Part shown: positions 40,453 through 50,422 of the stretch, in pieces
How positions within the stretch are numbered: the first letter of the stretch is position 1
Layout of the letters: every line of letters begins with the position of its first letter
Origin: an uncultured Chloroflexia bacterium
GTDB lineage: Bacteria; Chloroflexota; Limnocylindria; Limnocylindrales; CSP1-4
DNA: 64,000 bases
Assembly: GCA_963833535.1 (NCBI GenBank)
Contig: CAWHYC010000004.1
Location: 78,602 to 142,601, forward strand
Direction of reading: 5' to 3'
Position numbers and translations under genes: made by a program
Notes under the pieces: generated by a model
Seen by the model: only the letters and a program-made list of their open reading frames with translations
The model's database searches: none
Told to the model about the DNA's origin: nothing

Positions 40453-43398
40453 TCAGGCCGCGGCCTCCTCCTGGATGGCCTGCGCGATGGCGGCCACGGC
40501 ATCGGGGGCCAGCGCGCCACCCGCCTCGCGGCGCAGCTGCGCCAGCGCGTCGGTCGATGACAGGCGTGCCGAGCGCGGCTCGCCGGCGATCAGCGAGTGA
40601 TACCGATCCACCGCGGCATACAGCCGAGCCCGCGGCGAGATCGACTCGCCCCGCAGCCCGTCGGGGTAGCCGCCGCCATCCCAGCGCTCGTGGTGATGAC
40701 GGACGATGTCGGTCACTGCGTCGAGCTCTCGGTAGGGCTCGAGCAGGCTGGCGCCGATGACCGGATGCGAGGCGGTCATCGCGCCGCCGGTGGCCTCTGC
40801 GCCCGAGACCGCCGCCAAGCGCCCGATGTCGATGATCAGGGCGGCCGCGACCACGGCCTCGGTCGTCTCCTGGTCGAGGCCATAGGCAGGCCCGAAACGG
40901 CCGCAGAGGTCGGCGACCTCGGCGTTCTGACGGGCCAGCGCGGGCGCCTGCGGTCGGAGGAGCTCGTGCAGCGGCCGGACGAGCGAGACGATGTCGAGGA
41001 CGACGTCGGGATCGCGCTCCCGGCGCTCGTGCGCCGCGCGTACGTCCTCCTCGAGGCGCGTGCGCATCTCCCTGACGTGGGTCGGCAGGTCGCCAGCCGC
41101 GACCGCCCGCCCCTTGCCGAAGTGCTTGGCCACGAAGAGCGCCGTGTCGGCGATCGAGACCAGGTCCCGGGCGTCCTTGGCGTCCTGCGGGAAGGCGGCC
41201 GTGCCGATGCTGGCGCCGACGCGCAGCTCGCTGTCGCCCGAGCGCGAGCGCAGCTCCGCGAAGCGACGCAGGACCTTGCGCGCCACCGCGCTGGCACCCG
41301 CCTCGTCGGTGCCGGGCAGGATGAGCGCGAATTCGTCGCCGCCGTAGCGGCAGACGAGGTCGCCCGTCCGCACGCTGCGCCGCAGGCCGTCGGCGATGCG
41401 GCGGAGCAGGCGATCGCCCGCCTGGTGGCCGAACTGGTTGTTATAGGAGCGGAAGTCGTCGAGATCGATCATCAGCACGGCCACCGGGCCGGCGTTGACG
41501 CGCTCGGTGAGCTCGTCCTGGAAGACGCCATGGTGGAGGAGGCCAGTCAACGGATCGTGCCGGGCGGCCTCACGCAGCTGGCCGTAGAGGATGGCGTTGT
41601 CGAGTGCGATGGCGGCATGGTTGGCATAGAGCTTGGCCAGGTCGAGCTCGCCTTGCTCGAAGTCCCGCCCGATGCGGTAGAGGTTGAGCGCGCCCATGAC
41701 GCCGTTCGGGCCATGGAGCGGGGCGACGATGATCGACTCGTAGTCGTCGTCTGGCGTGCCCGGCACGTTCACGACCCGGGGATCGCGACCGGCGTCGTTG
41801 ATGCACTCCGCTTCGCCGCGCTGGACGACCGAGCCGGTGATACCGGCTCCGAGCGGCAGCTTCGCCTTGAGGATCTCCTCGGCGAACTGGTCACGCGCCA
41901 GGACGGGCACCAGCAATCCCGCCGCCTGGTCCACCCGGTAGATCGTCAGCGTGTCGTAGGGCACGACCGTCTCGAGCGTCTCGGCGATGGCCTCGAAGGT
42001 GGCGTCGATCTCGCGCGTCTGGAGCAGGCGCTCGGTGACGCCCAGCAGGAGGCGCTCGCTCTCGAGCTGGTGCTCAAGTCGCAGGGATCGGCGCTCGAGC
42101 TCCTCGTGGCGGGCCGCGTTCTCGAGCGCGACCGCGGCCTGGGCGCCGAGGATCTGCATCAGCCGAAGGTCGTCCGGCTCGAAGGCGTCGCAGCCCAGAC
42201 GCGAGAGCTCGATGACGCCCAGGACGCGCTCCTCGAAGACGAGCGGGATGACGATCATCGACTCATCGATGTCGTCGCTGCCGGCGATGTCCTGCATGCG
42301 TGGGTCGGCCAGCACGTCGGGCACGATCTCCGCCTGGCGCCCGAGGGCGATGGTGCCGCCGAGCCCTTCGCCGAGTCGCAGGACGACGAGCTCCGGCGTC
42401 TCATTGGCGTAGTACTCGACCCGCGACCGGAGCGCGATCGCGTCGAGCGTCTCGCCATCCGGCTGGAGCACGTAGAAGCGCAACCCGTCGTAGTCGATGA
42501 CGTCGCCGATCTTCTCGGCCACGGTCTCGCCGACGCCGATGATGTCGCGCGAGTGGTTGAGCTGACGAGAGAGGGCCTCGATGCCCTCGAGGTGCTCACT
42601 CCAGCGGCGGCTGGTGGCCAGCAGGCGGGCATTCGTGAGCGCCGTCCCGGTCTGGCCCGCGATGGCCATCACGCGATCGACTTCGAGGCTCGAGAATCGG
42701 CGTGGGCGCAGGGACGCGACGACGAGCATGCCGGTCACGCCTTCCTCACCCGAGATGGGCACCAGGACGATCGAGCGAACGCCGAGCGTGGGCACGACCG
42801 CGGGGCCGACCTGGACCTCCGCGGGGAGGTCGTCGATGACCAGGGGCCGCCGCTCGACCAGGACCTGATCCAGTCGTCCGCCACCCTCGGCCGGCACAAC
42901 GAGGTCGGCCGGCAAGGTCATCTCGCCGGCCGATGCCGTCGGCGTCAGGACTCGCCCGCCGTCCTGGTCCTGAAGGATGAAGAGGCTCACCAGGTCGGCG
43001 TCCATGACCGTGCGTAGCCGTTGGGTGACGAGCCGCGTGATGGCGGTCGTGTCGAGCAGTCCAGCGAGCTCAGCCGAGAGGTCGGCCAGGTCGGTCAGCT
43101 CACCGACCAGGTGGGCCGTGGCCGCTCCGTCACCCCGGACGCCGCCAGCGGCCGGCCTGCCGGCAGGGACGGCTTGAGCATGTGCCGCAGCTTCACCGCC
43201 AGCCCGGTTGGTGGCCGTCGCGAGATGGTCGTCGAGGATGGTGCGCTTGAAGCGCCACGTCCGGCCGACCTTGGAGGCGGGTACCTGACCGCGCTGGGCA
43301 AGCCGATACAGGGTCCGAACCGGGACGGCCAGGTAGGCCGCGGCATCCTCGATGCCGATCCAGTCGTCATGCCCACCCCCCGTGGCGGTCCTCTTCAT
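40453..43398 (-). CDS. Excisionase-like HTH + 3 GAF + GGDEF + degenerate HD-GYP protein
   Basis: EDAAAYLAVPVRTLYRLAQRGQVPASKVGRTWRF; three GAF segments; DPLTGL, RTGD, RYGGDEF; HHERWDGGGYP but ID in place of HD. Confidence 0.9.
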   Translation of the reverse strand: MKRTATGGGHDDWIGIEDAAAYLAVPVRTLYRLAQRGQVPASKVGRTWRFKRTILDDHLATATNRAGGEAAAHAQAVPAGRPAAGGVRGDGAATAHLVGELTDLADLSAELAGLLDTTAITRLVTQRLRTVMDADLVSLFILQDQDGGRVLTPTASAGEMTLPADLVVPAEGGGRLDQVLVERRPLVIDDLPAEVQVGPAVVPTLGVRSIVLVPISGEEGVTGMLVVASLRPRRFSSLEVDRVMAIAGQTGTALTNARLLATSRRWSEHLEGIEALSRQLNHSRDIIGVGETVAEKIGDVIDYDGLRFYVLQPDGETLDAIALRSRVEYYANETPELVVLRLGEGLGGTIALGRQAEIVPDVLADPRMQDIAGSDDIDESMIVIPLVFEERVLGVIELSRLGCDAFEPDDLRLMQILGAQAAVALENAARHEELERRSLRLEHQLESERLLLGVTERLLQTREIDATFEAIAETLETVVPYDTLTIYRVDQAAGLLVPVLARDQFAEEILKAKLPLGAGITGSVVQRGEAECINDAGRDPRVVNVPGTPDDDYESIIVAPLHGPNGVMGALNLYRIGRDFEQGELDLAKLYANHAAIALDNAILYGQLREAARHDPLTGLLHHGVFQDELTERVNAGPVAVLMIDLDDFRSYNNQFGHQAGDRLLRRIADGLRRSVRTGDLVCRYGGDEFALILPGTDEAGASAVARKVLRRFAELRSRSGDSELRVGASIGTAAFPQDAKDARDLVSIADTALFVAKHFGKGRAVAAGDLPTHVREMRTRLEEDVRAAHERRERDPDVVLDIVSLVRPLHELLRPQAPALARQNAEVADLCGRFGPAYGLDQETTEAVVAAALIIDIGRLAAVSGAEATGGAMTASHPVIGASLLEPYRELDAVTDIVRHHHERWDGGGYPDGLRGESISPRARLYAAVDRYHSLIAGEPRSARLSSTDALAQLRREAGGALAPDAVAAIAQAIQEEAAA

Positions 43399-43400
43399 CC

Positions 43401-43440
43401 CTTGGTTTCCCCTGGATTGCGCGTTGTTACCACTTGTTGC
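43401..43440 (-). promoter_or_regulatory. Four 10-bp-phased GNAA direct repeats upstream of the HTH-GGDEF gene
   Basis: Minus strand GCAAcaagtg GTAAcaacgc GCAAtccagg GGAAaccaag. Confidence 0.5.
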
Positions 43441-43609
43441 GCAGTCTGCAGAGGGCGCTGTCGAGCGTCGATAGGACCATCGTCCCCGGTCTCGACACCG
43501 ATCGGCGAACGCTCCTCAGCAGCGATCGTCTCGTTGCCAGCGGCGACGGGCGCACAGCCTTCCGGGCGCCGGCGGGATGACGCCGATGCCTCGCTATACT
43601 CCGGCGGCC

Positions 43610-44227
43610 GTGGACCTCCCGCTCACTCCAGCCGAGCCTGCGCTGACCAGCGCCCTGGCCGCCGTGTTCGACATCGAGGGCAAGGTCGGGCGTGCCCTCG
43701 AGGCCCTGGGGCCGGTCGCCGACCGAGATGTCGTGCTCCTCGATGGCGACGGCGGACGCCGGCAGGCGGAGCTGGAGGCCATGGGCGCCAGCGTCCGGGC
43801 GCTCGATGACCTCGACCCCGGACAACTTGAGGGGGCGTCGGCCGACGTCGTCATCGGCTGCTGGACCGGCCTCGGACTGGGTCCGGCCGCAGAGGCCGGA
43901 ACGCTGGCCGGCCTGGAGCGTGTCCTGCGGCCGGACGGTCGGCTGCTGCTGGTCGAGGATTACGGCCGCGACGACATCCGGCCGCTGATCGCCGACCCTG
44001 ATCGCGACGCGCGGCTGACTGTCGCCTCCGATCGGCGAGGACCGATGCTGACCCACGGCTTCAGGACACGGACGCTCCATTGCTACTGGACCTTTCCCAG
44101 TCTCGACGCCGCGGGACCGCTCCTCGAGGCGCTCTTTCCCGACACCGGCCCGATGGTCGCCGCTGCGATGCGCCGACCGCGGCTCGAGCACAAGGTGGCC
44201 GTCTTCCAGCGAACGCGCAGCGCGTGA
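43610..44227 (+). CDS. Hypothetical protein, SAM-methyltransferase-like remnant fold
   Basis: SADVVI, RVLRPDGRLLLV; TATACT upstream of GTG. Confidence 0.6.
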   Translation: MDLPLTPAEPALTSALAAVFDIEGKVGRALEALGPVADRDVVLLDGDGGRRQAELEAMGASVRALDDLDPGQLEGASADVVIGCWTGLGLGPAAEAGTLAGLERVLRPDGRLLLVEDYGRDDIRPLIADPDRDARLTVASDRRGPMLTHGFRTRTLHCYWTFPSLDAAGPLLEALFPDTGPMVAAAMRRPRLEHKVAVFQRTRSA

Positions 44228-44625
44228 CACAGCCGCCGCCTCGCTCGGAGCCGCCTCGCTCAGAGCCGCCTCGCCCCGCACCGCCACTGCTGCGCCAAGC
44301 CCAGCGGCGCCGCCTGCTGACGCCCTTCCGAGCGGTCATGACCATCGCCCTGCTCGGCTCGACGATCCTGATCGTCGTCGGACTCGTCAATCGCACGGCC
44401 GGACAGATACCGATCCTGGCCGCGGGCCTGGCGGTCCTCGGCCTGACCTTCGGAGCTATCTCCATCGCGTGCGTGGCGAACATCGTGCGAGCCGGTCGAG
44501 ACGGCCGCGCAGCGCGAGCGTTCTGGGCCGCGATGGCGGGCGGTGTGGCGGTCGTCATCGCGGCCGGGTGCCTGGCCGCGGCCGTCGTGCTGGCGCTCGT
44601 CTGGGGCTCGGCCTCGGGCTCCTGA
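44224..44625 (+). CDS. Hypothetical membrane protein
   Basis: GTGA overlap; three TM segments. Confidence 0.65.
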   Translation: MTQPPPRSEPPRSEPPRPAPPLLRQAQRRRLLTPFRAVMTIALLGSTILIVVGLVNRTAGQIPILAAGLAVLGLTFGAISIACVANIVRAGRDGRAARAFWAAMAGGVAVVIAAGCLAAAVVLALVWGSASGS

Positions 44626-44748
44626 CGGGCGTATCCGATGCCACCCGAGCGTCGATCTCGGGCTCGTGAGGGCCGGACTGGCCGTCGCCCGAGCGACGGA
44701 CCTCGCCGGGCAGGCGGGGAGGCTTCGGTATACTCGGCCGGTCGTCGC

Positions 44749-44825
44749 GCCCCCATCGTCTAGAGGCCTAGGACGCCACCCTTTCAAGGTGGAGATCACC
44801 GGTTCGAATCCGGTTGGGGGTACCA
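44749..44825 (+). tRNA. tRNA-Glu (TTC)
   Basis: Cloverleaf GCCCCCA.../TGGGGGT, anticodon loop CTTTCAA, GGTTCGAATCC, encoded CCA; TATACT at 44729. Confidence 0.97.
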
Positions 44826-44929
44826 GGCTCACGACGGGCGCCGGCGCCGGCGATCGACCCTCGCGAGCCTCCGCGGGCGGGCAAGCCTGGGGCGCGCTGG
44901 CGCGACGCCTGGATGCTACGATCGGGCGG

Positions 44930-45304
44930 ATGGCGAAGACCTTCCGCGGCAACACGATCCTGGGCATCCGGATCCCGACCGTCTTCAGCGACACCGACGC
45001 CATCGCCTGCGCCGGCTGCGGCCGACCTATCGAGGTCACGCCCTTCCGCGTGTCGATCATGGACGCCATCGCGGGCGAGTCCCCGCCGAGCTGGGCGTCC
45101 ACCGTGACCCTCAATCCCGGCCCTCATCAGTTCCATGCCGATCCGTCGTGCTTCTGGGCCTGGGCCGCTGAGCGTGACTATCTCGCCTGCCGACTGGCAC
45201 GCGTGCGCGAGCTGATGCGGCCGGTCCCACTGCCCGGCGACACGATCCGCTGGGGCATCTGCGACGGCGAGCACCGCGAGGCGCACCAGTTCGTCCCGGC
45301 CTGA
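44930..45304 (+). CDS. Hypothetical Cys/His-rich protein
   Basis: CAGC plus further C/H; TGnTACGAT 7 nt upstream of ATG. Confidence 0.7.
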   Translation: MAKTFRGNTILGIRIPTVFSDTDAIACAGCGRPIEVTPFRVSIMDAIAGESPPSWASTVTLNPGPHQFHADPSCFWAWAAERDYLACRLARVRELMRPVPLPGDTIRWGICDGEHREAHQFVPA

Positions 45305-45317
45305 GGCGAGCGCGTCG

Positions 45318-46385
45318 ATGCAAGCAGAGGTCTTCCTGCCGGCCGCGACCGCCATCATGGCTCTCGTCTTCTCCGTCGCCCTGCTCGACCAATGGCGCGA
45401 GCGACGTCACCCGTTCCAACTCATCTGGGCCGCGGGCATGCTCTTCTACGGCATCGCGGCCGGTTGTGAGGCGCTCGGTGTGGCCAACGGCTGGGACGCG
45501 ACGCTCTATCGCACGTGGTACCTGACCGGCGCCGTCTGGACGGCGGGTTGGCTGGGCCTGGGGACCGCATTCCTGCTGGGACGCACCCGATTCGGGTACA
45601 GCTTCGCCTTCTCGCTCCTGTTGGCCGGCCTGTTCACCTTCCTCACCCAGCGTCGCTACGACTACCCGGGGGCGGGCGACTCGGCCATCGTCTACTTCAT
45701 CGCGGCCGGCATCCTGGCCCTGGCGGTCGGGGTCGAGACCTACTTCCAGAACGAGCGCTGGCCGCGCATCGCCGCGTTGGCCGTCATCGGCGCGACCGTC
45801 CTGAGCATCGTGCTCATGATCGGGTTGACGCTGCCGCCGCCGGGCTACGCGCTCGACCCGACCACTCAGATGCCAGTCGCCGTCCTCTTCCCGGGCAGCC
45901 TTCGCCTGCTGACGCCGTTCATGAACATCACGGGTGGGCTGGCGCTCATCCTCGGTGCCATCTTTTCGACCTACGTCTTCATGCCCAAACGACGGGTCCT
46001 GGCCTACTCGCTCGACCCGAACCAGAAGTTCGACGAGTTCCTCTTCAACATGGCCATCTCGGTGGTCGCCATCCCGGTCAACTTCGTGGCCTCGCTGCCC
46101 GGCACGTGGTGGGCCATCCGCACGCGCCACATCAACAGCCGCGTGCCGGCCACCATCCTGATCGCCATCGGCGCCTTCATCCCGACCATCACCGACAGCC
46201 TCAATCGCCTCGGTTCGACTGAGTTCTTCCAGCTCGGCAAGTTCCTGGGCTTGATCTTCCTGTTCGCCGGCTTCCTCGTTTCGGTCGAGGTCTTCCGCGA
46301 GATCCGCGTGCCGTTCACGCACATCATCCTGCGCCCGCGACGATCGGAGCCGATGCCGCTGGCCGACGGTGGCGATGGCCGATGA
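45318..46385 (+). CDS. Multi-TM hypothetical membrane protein
   Basis: About 10 TM helices, strong coding bias. Confidence 0.8.
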   Translation: MQAEVFLPAATAIMALVFSVALLDQWRERRHPFQLIWAAGMLFYGIAAGCEALGVANGWDATLYRTWYLTGAVWTAGWLGLGTAFLLGRTRFGYSFAFSLLLAGLFTFLTQRRYDYPGAGDSAIVYFIAAGILALAVGVETYFQNERWPRIAALAVIGATVLSIVLMIGLTLPPPGYALDPTTQMPVAVLFPGSLRLLTPFMNITGGLALILGAIFSTYVFMPKRRVLAYSLDPNQKFDEFLFNMAISVVAIPVNFVASLPGTWWAIRTRHINSRVPATILIAIGAFIPTITDSLNRLGSTEFFQLGKFLGLIFLFAGFLVSVEVFREIRVPFTHIILRPRRSEPMPLADGGDGR

Positions 46386-46392
46386 AGGTGCG

Positions 46393-47391
46393 GTGACCGC
46401 GCGGACATCGCCACGCGTGGGGACCGACACCGATCGGTCGGCCGTGCTGGGCTCGCTGCTGGTCGTCGGCGCGGCGCTCTGCTTCGCGACCCTCGGGCCG
46501 CTCTCCCGGCTGGCCTACGGGGAGGGCATGACGCCACTCACGTTCGTGGCCTGGCGCGCGGCGATCGGGGCCGTCGTGCTGGCGGCGTTCCTCCTGCTCA
46601 TGGCCCGCCGAGGACGTCCGATCGTGGCCTGGCGGAGCGTTCCGCGACGACAGTGGGTCGTGGTCGTCCTGGCCGGCAGCGCGAGCGCCTTCATGAACCT
46701 GGCCATCTTCGTGGCCTTCGAGCGCATCAGCATCGCGCTGGCCATGCTCGGGTTCTACACCTATCCCGCGATCGTGGCCGTCGTCGTCGTGGTGACCGGA
46801 CGCGAGCGCCTCGATGGTGGCCGGATCGCCGCCCTTCTCCTGGCGCTGGTCGGCATGGCGCTCGTCGTACTCGGCCAGGTGACGCCCGACGGCGCGCAGG
46901 GGGCCGACGTGCTGGGCGTCATCCTGGTGCTCGCGGCGGCCTGCCTCAACGTGGTCTACCTCTTCGCCGCACGCGACGGCTACCTTGCCTTGCCGGCGCG
47001 CGAGGCCGCGCTGGCCGTGCTGATCGTGGCAGAGGCCTGGTATCTCGCGTTGGCCCTCGTCGTCGGGCAGACGAGCGTCCTTGCCCAGCCCCTCGCCGAC
47101 CCCGCCTTGCTGCTCCTGCTGCTCGTGGCGGGCATCGTCGGCGCTGCCTTGGCCATCGTGCTGTTCACGGCCGGTCTGCGCCTGGTGGGCGGGGTAAGGA
47201 CCTCCATCCTGATGCTCCTGGAGCCGGTCGCGGCATCGGTGCTGGCGCTGTTCGTGCTCGGAGAGGCCCTGAGTTGGGTCCAGGTCATCGGCGGTGCCCT
47301 CGTCCTTGGCGGGGCCATCCTCGTCGAGCGCCGCCGGTCGGTCGGGTCGGGACAGGCACTCGGGCCGGTCGTGGCGCCGATGGGCGACTGA
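46393..47391 (+). CDS. DMT/EamA family transporter; start approximate
   Basis: Ten TM, FYTYP and LLEPV motifs. Confidence 0.85.
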   Translation: MTARTSPRVGTDTDRSAVLGSLLVVGAALCFATLGPLSRLAYGEGMTPLTFVAWRAAIGAVVLAAFLLLMARRGRPIVAWRSVPRRQWVVVVLAGSASAFMNLAIFVAFERISIALAMLGFYTYPAIVAVVVVVTGRERLDGGRIAALLLALVGMALVVLGQVTPDGAQGADVLGVILVLAAACLNVVYLFAARDGYLALPAREAALAVLIVAEAWYLALALVVGQTSVLAQPLADPALLLLLLVAGIVGAALAIVLFTAGLRLVGGVRTSILMLLEPVAASVLALFVLGEALSWVQVIGGALVLGGAILVERRRSVGSGQALGPVVAPMGD

Positions 47392-47535
47392 CCGGCCGCG
47401 ACCCCTGGCCGTCGCGACTGACCGCCGCCCCGTTCCTGGCAGCCCTTAGGGAGGCCGACGGTATACTGCGGCCGGCCGGGCCGCCCTCATGGGCACGCCG
47501 TCCCGACCCGATCAGCTCGCTCGACACGAGGTCCG

Positions 47536-48417
47536 ATGCGCGTCCGCAAAGCCGTCTTCCCGGCCGCCGGCTGGGGCACCCGCTTCCTACCGGCGACCAA
47601 GGCGCAGCCGAAGGAGATGCTGCCGCTCGTCGACAAGCCGGTCATCCAGTACGCGGTCGAGGAGGCCGTGGCCGCCGGCATCGAGCAGGTCATCATCGTG
47701 ACCAGCAGTCAGAAGCGGGCCATCGAGGATCACTTCGACACGTCCTACGAGCTCGAGCATCTGCTTGAGGCCCGCGGCGAGATCGAGATGCTCCGCCGCG
47801 TGCGCCACATCAGCGACCTGGCCCAGGTCAGCTACGTGCGCCAGAAGGAGCAGCTCGGCCTCGGACACGCGGTGCTCGTAGCCCGCGAGCTCGTCGGCCA
47901 CGAGCCCTTCGCGGTCATCCTCTCCGACGACGTCGTCGTTGCCGAGCGACCGGTCATCGGCCAGCTCATCCACGCCTACCTCGAGACCCACGCCTCGACG
48001 GTCGCCGTGATGCGCGTGCCCCATGAGGAGACCGGGCGGTATGGCGTCATCGATCCCGATCCGGACGGCGACAACCACGGCGACTCACACCTGCATCAGC
48101 TTCGCGGCCTGGTCGAGAAGCCGTCGCCCGACGTCGCACCAAGCGACCTCGCGGTCATCGGCCGCTACGTGCTGACGCCGAAGATCTTCGAGAAGCTCGA
48201 GCAGACGCCGCGCGGCGCCGGTGGCGAGATCCAGCTGACCGACGCGATCCAGGCGCTGATGCAGGAGCAGACGGTCTACGGCTATGCCTTCGAGGGCGTG
48301 CGCTACGATGCGGGCACGACGATGGGCTGGCTGCAGGCATCGGTCGAGCTCGCACTCGAGCGACCCGAGATCGGCCCCGAGTTCCGGCGCTACCTCGCCG
48401 GCCTCGACCTGCACTGA
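47536..48417 (+). CDS. galU: UTP--glucose-1-phosphate uridylyltransferase
   Basis: KAVFPAAGWGTRFLPATKAQPKEMLP, VEKP, GEIQLTDAI. Confidence 0.96.
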   Translation: MRVRKAVFPAAGWGTRFLPATKAQPKEMLPLVDKPVIQYAVEEAVAAGIEQVIIVTSSQKRAIEDHFDTSYELEHLLEARGEIEMLRRVRHISDLAQVSYVRQKEQLGLGHAVLVARELVGHEPFAVILSDDVVVAERPVIGQLIHAYLETHASTVAVMRVPHEETGRYGVIDPDPDGDNHGDSHLHQLRGLVEKPSPDVAPSDLAVIGRYVLTPKIFEKLEQTPRGAGGEIQLTDAIQALMQEQTVYGYAFEGVRYDAGTTMGWLQASVELALERPEIGPEFRRYLAGLDLH

Positions 48418-48433
48418 GCCACGAGGGGAACAC

Positions 48434-50272
48434 GTGCCGCAGATCGGACAGATGCTCGGGGACCGGTACCGGCTGACGGAGCTGCTGGGCGAGGGTGGCA
48501 TGGCCACCATCTACCTCGGCCGCGATCTCAAGCTCGATCGGGACGTGGCCGTCAAGCTCCTGCGCCCCGAGTACGGCCGTGACGAGGCGTTCGTGGCCCG
48601 CTTCCGACAGGAGGCGTACTCGGCGGCCTCGCTCTCCCATCCCAACGTCGTCCAGGTCTACGACTACGGCACGGACGACGCGGGCCCCTACATCATCATG
48701 GAGTACGTCGATGGCCAGGACCTCGGGGAGATCCTGCGCGATCGTGGTTTCGTGCCCTCGGCCGCCGCGGCACGCATCGCCATGCAGGTCGCCGATGGCC
48801 TGGCTGCGGCCCACGCCATGGGTATCGTCCACCGCGACGTCAAGCCATCGAACATCCTGGTCAGCGTCGCCGGTCAGGTCAAGGTCGCCGACTTCGGCAT
48901 CGCGCGGGCCCTTTCCGAGGCCCAGCTGACCCTGCCCGGCCAGACGCTCGGTAGCGTGCGATACCTGAGCCCAGAGCAGGCCCGTGGCGAGAACGTGACG
49001 CCGGCCACCGACATCTACGCGCTCGGCCTGGTCCTCTCGGAGATGCTCACCGGCCGACCGGTCTGGGGCGGTGACACGGCCGGTGCCGTGGCCATGGCCC
49101 GGCTGACCGAGGATCCGCCCGCGCCATCGTCCATCCGGCCCGATGTCAACCCCGCGCTCGATGGCATCGTCCGTCGCGCGCTGGCACGCGACCCTGGGCA
49201 GCGTTTCGGGTCCGCCGGGGCCTTCTCCGACGCCCTCGGCCGCTTCCTGTCGGGCCTCCATGCCGGCGTTACATCCCAGGCCGGTGTCGCCGGGGCGGCT
49301 GTGGTGGCCGGAGCCGCGATGGCTCGGCCGCCCGAGCCGACCGTCGTCAGCCCGCCGCCGCCGGCCGTCGGGGTCACCTCGGGCCCTCCCCCGGCTGGAC
49401 CCTACGACGACGACCTCGATGGCGACGACGATCAGAGCCGCTGGGCCTGGATCGCCGCCATCCTCGGCATCGGCGTCCTCATCGCCGCCGGCGTGCTGGT
49501 CTTCTTCCTGCTCGGCGGCCTCGGTGGTGGCAGAGGCGAGGAAAGCCCGTCGCCATCCGCCTCGGCCGACCTGGTCGTCGTGCCCAACGTCATCGACCTG
49601 CCCGTGACGGAGGCCAAGACGGCCATCGATGGCGTCGGGCTGGTGATGGTCATCTCGCCGGACGCCGTGACCGATGCCGAGAAGGCCCCCGGCACGGTCG
49701 TCGAGCAGGACCCGGCGGCCGACGCCGAGCTGCCCCCCGGCGGCCAGGTCACGGTCACCGTCGTGACCGGACCGGGCGACGTTCCCGTACCCGTCCTCGT
49801 CGGGCAGACGGAAGCCGCCGCCATCGCCCTCCTGGTCCAGGACGGCCTGACCCCGGGCGAGGTGACCGAGGCCTTCAGCGACAAGGTCCCCGATGGCCAG
49901 GTCATCTCGCAGTCGCCTCAGGCTGGCATCATCGTGGCCGCCGGCACGGCCGTCGACTTCGTCATCTCGACGGGCCCTGAACCGACCGCGGAGCCGACCG
50001 CTCCGCCGACGTCGACCCCAACGCCGCCGCCGACGTCGACGCCGGTCGCGGATCTGACCGTCGGCGACTATCGCTGCCTCGCCTACTCCGATGCGCAGAC
50101 GCAGATCGGTGCCGACGGCTTCACGGTCGGCGTCGTCACCGCGCCACCCGGCTTCGACACCAGCTGGCCGGTCGGCAGCCAGGACCCGGCTCCGGGCAGC
50201 AAGGAGAAGCCGGGCTCGCGGATCGACGTCGTCGTCTATGAACCGTCCAGCCTGCCGACCTGCCCGCCGTAG
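48434..50272 (+). CDS. pknB: PASTA-domain Ser/Thr protein kinase (PknB/Stk1-like)
   Basis: GEGGMA, VAVK, HRDVKPSN, DFG, TM, PASTA repeats. Confidence 0.9.
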   Translation: MPQIGQMLGDRYRLTELLGEGGMATIYLGRDLKLDRDVAVKLLRPEYGRDEAFVARFRQEAYSAASLSHPNVVQVYDYGTDDAGPYIIMEYVDGQDLGEILRDRGFVPSAAAARIAMQVADGLAAAHAMGIVHRDVKPSNILVSVAGQVKVADFGIARALSEAQLTLPGQTLGSVRYLSPEQARGENVTPATDIYALGLVLSEMLTGRPVWGGDTAGAVAMARLTEDPPAPSSIRPDVNPALDGIVRRALARDPGQRFGSAGAFSDALGRFLSGLHAGVTSQAGVAGAAVVAGAAMARPPEPTVVSPPPPAVGVTSGPPPAGPYDDDLDGDDDQSRWAWIAAILGIGVLIAAGVLVFFLLGGLGGGRGEESPSPSASADLVVVPNVIDLPVTEAKTAIDGVGLVMVISPDAVTDAEKAPGTVVEQDPAADAELPPGGQVTVTVVTGPGDVPVPVLVGQTEAAAIALLVQDGLTPGEVTEAFSDKVPDGQVISQSPQAGIIVAAGTAVDFVISTGPEPTAEPTAPPTSTPTPPPTSTPVADLTVGDYRCLAYSDAQTQIGADGFTVGVVTAPPGFDTSWPVGSQDPAPGSKEKPGSRIDVVVYEPSSLPTCPP

Positions 50273-50422
50273 GGATCGCTCGACCGGGTGGGTCTGCCTC
50301 TCGCCTTTCCGCGGTTGCCGACCGTTTGGAACGGGTGTGCGACCGACGGCGGTTGACGGCGCGCGCTGACAAACGTGCGATTCGTTGCGCACGCCGTGAG
50401 AACCGCAGCTACACTCCGCGCC

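Noticed and set aside
44232-44275. 15-bp tandem repeat encoding PPRSE
   Set aside because: Simple low-complexity duplication in a disordered N-terminus
44749-44825. tRNA-Glu as an integration site for an island
   Set aside because: No integrase, duplicated tRNA 3' end or composition shift seen
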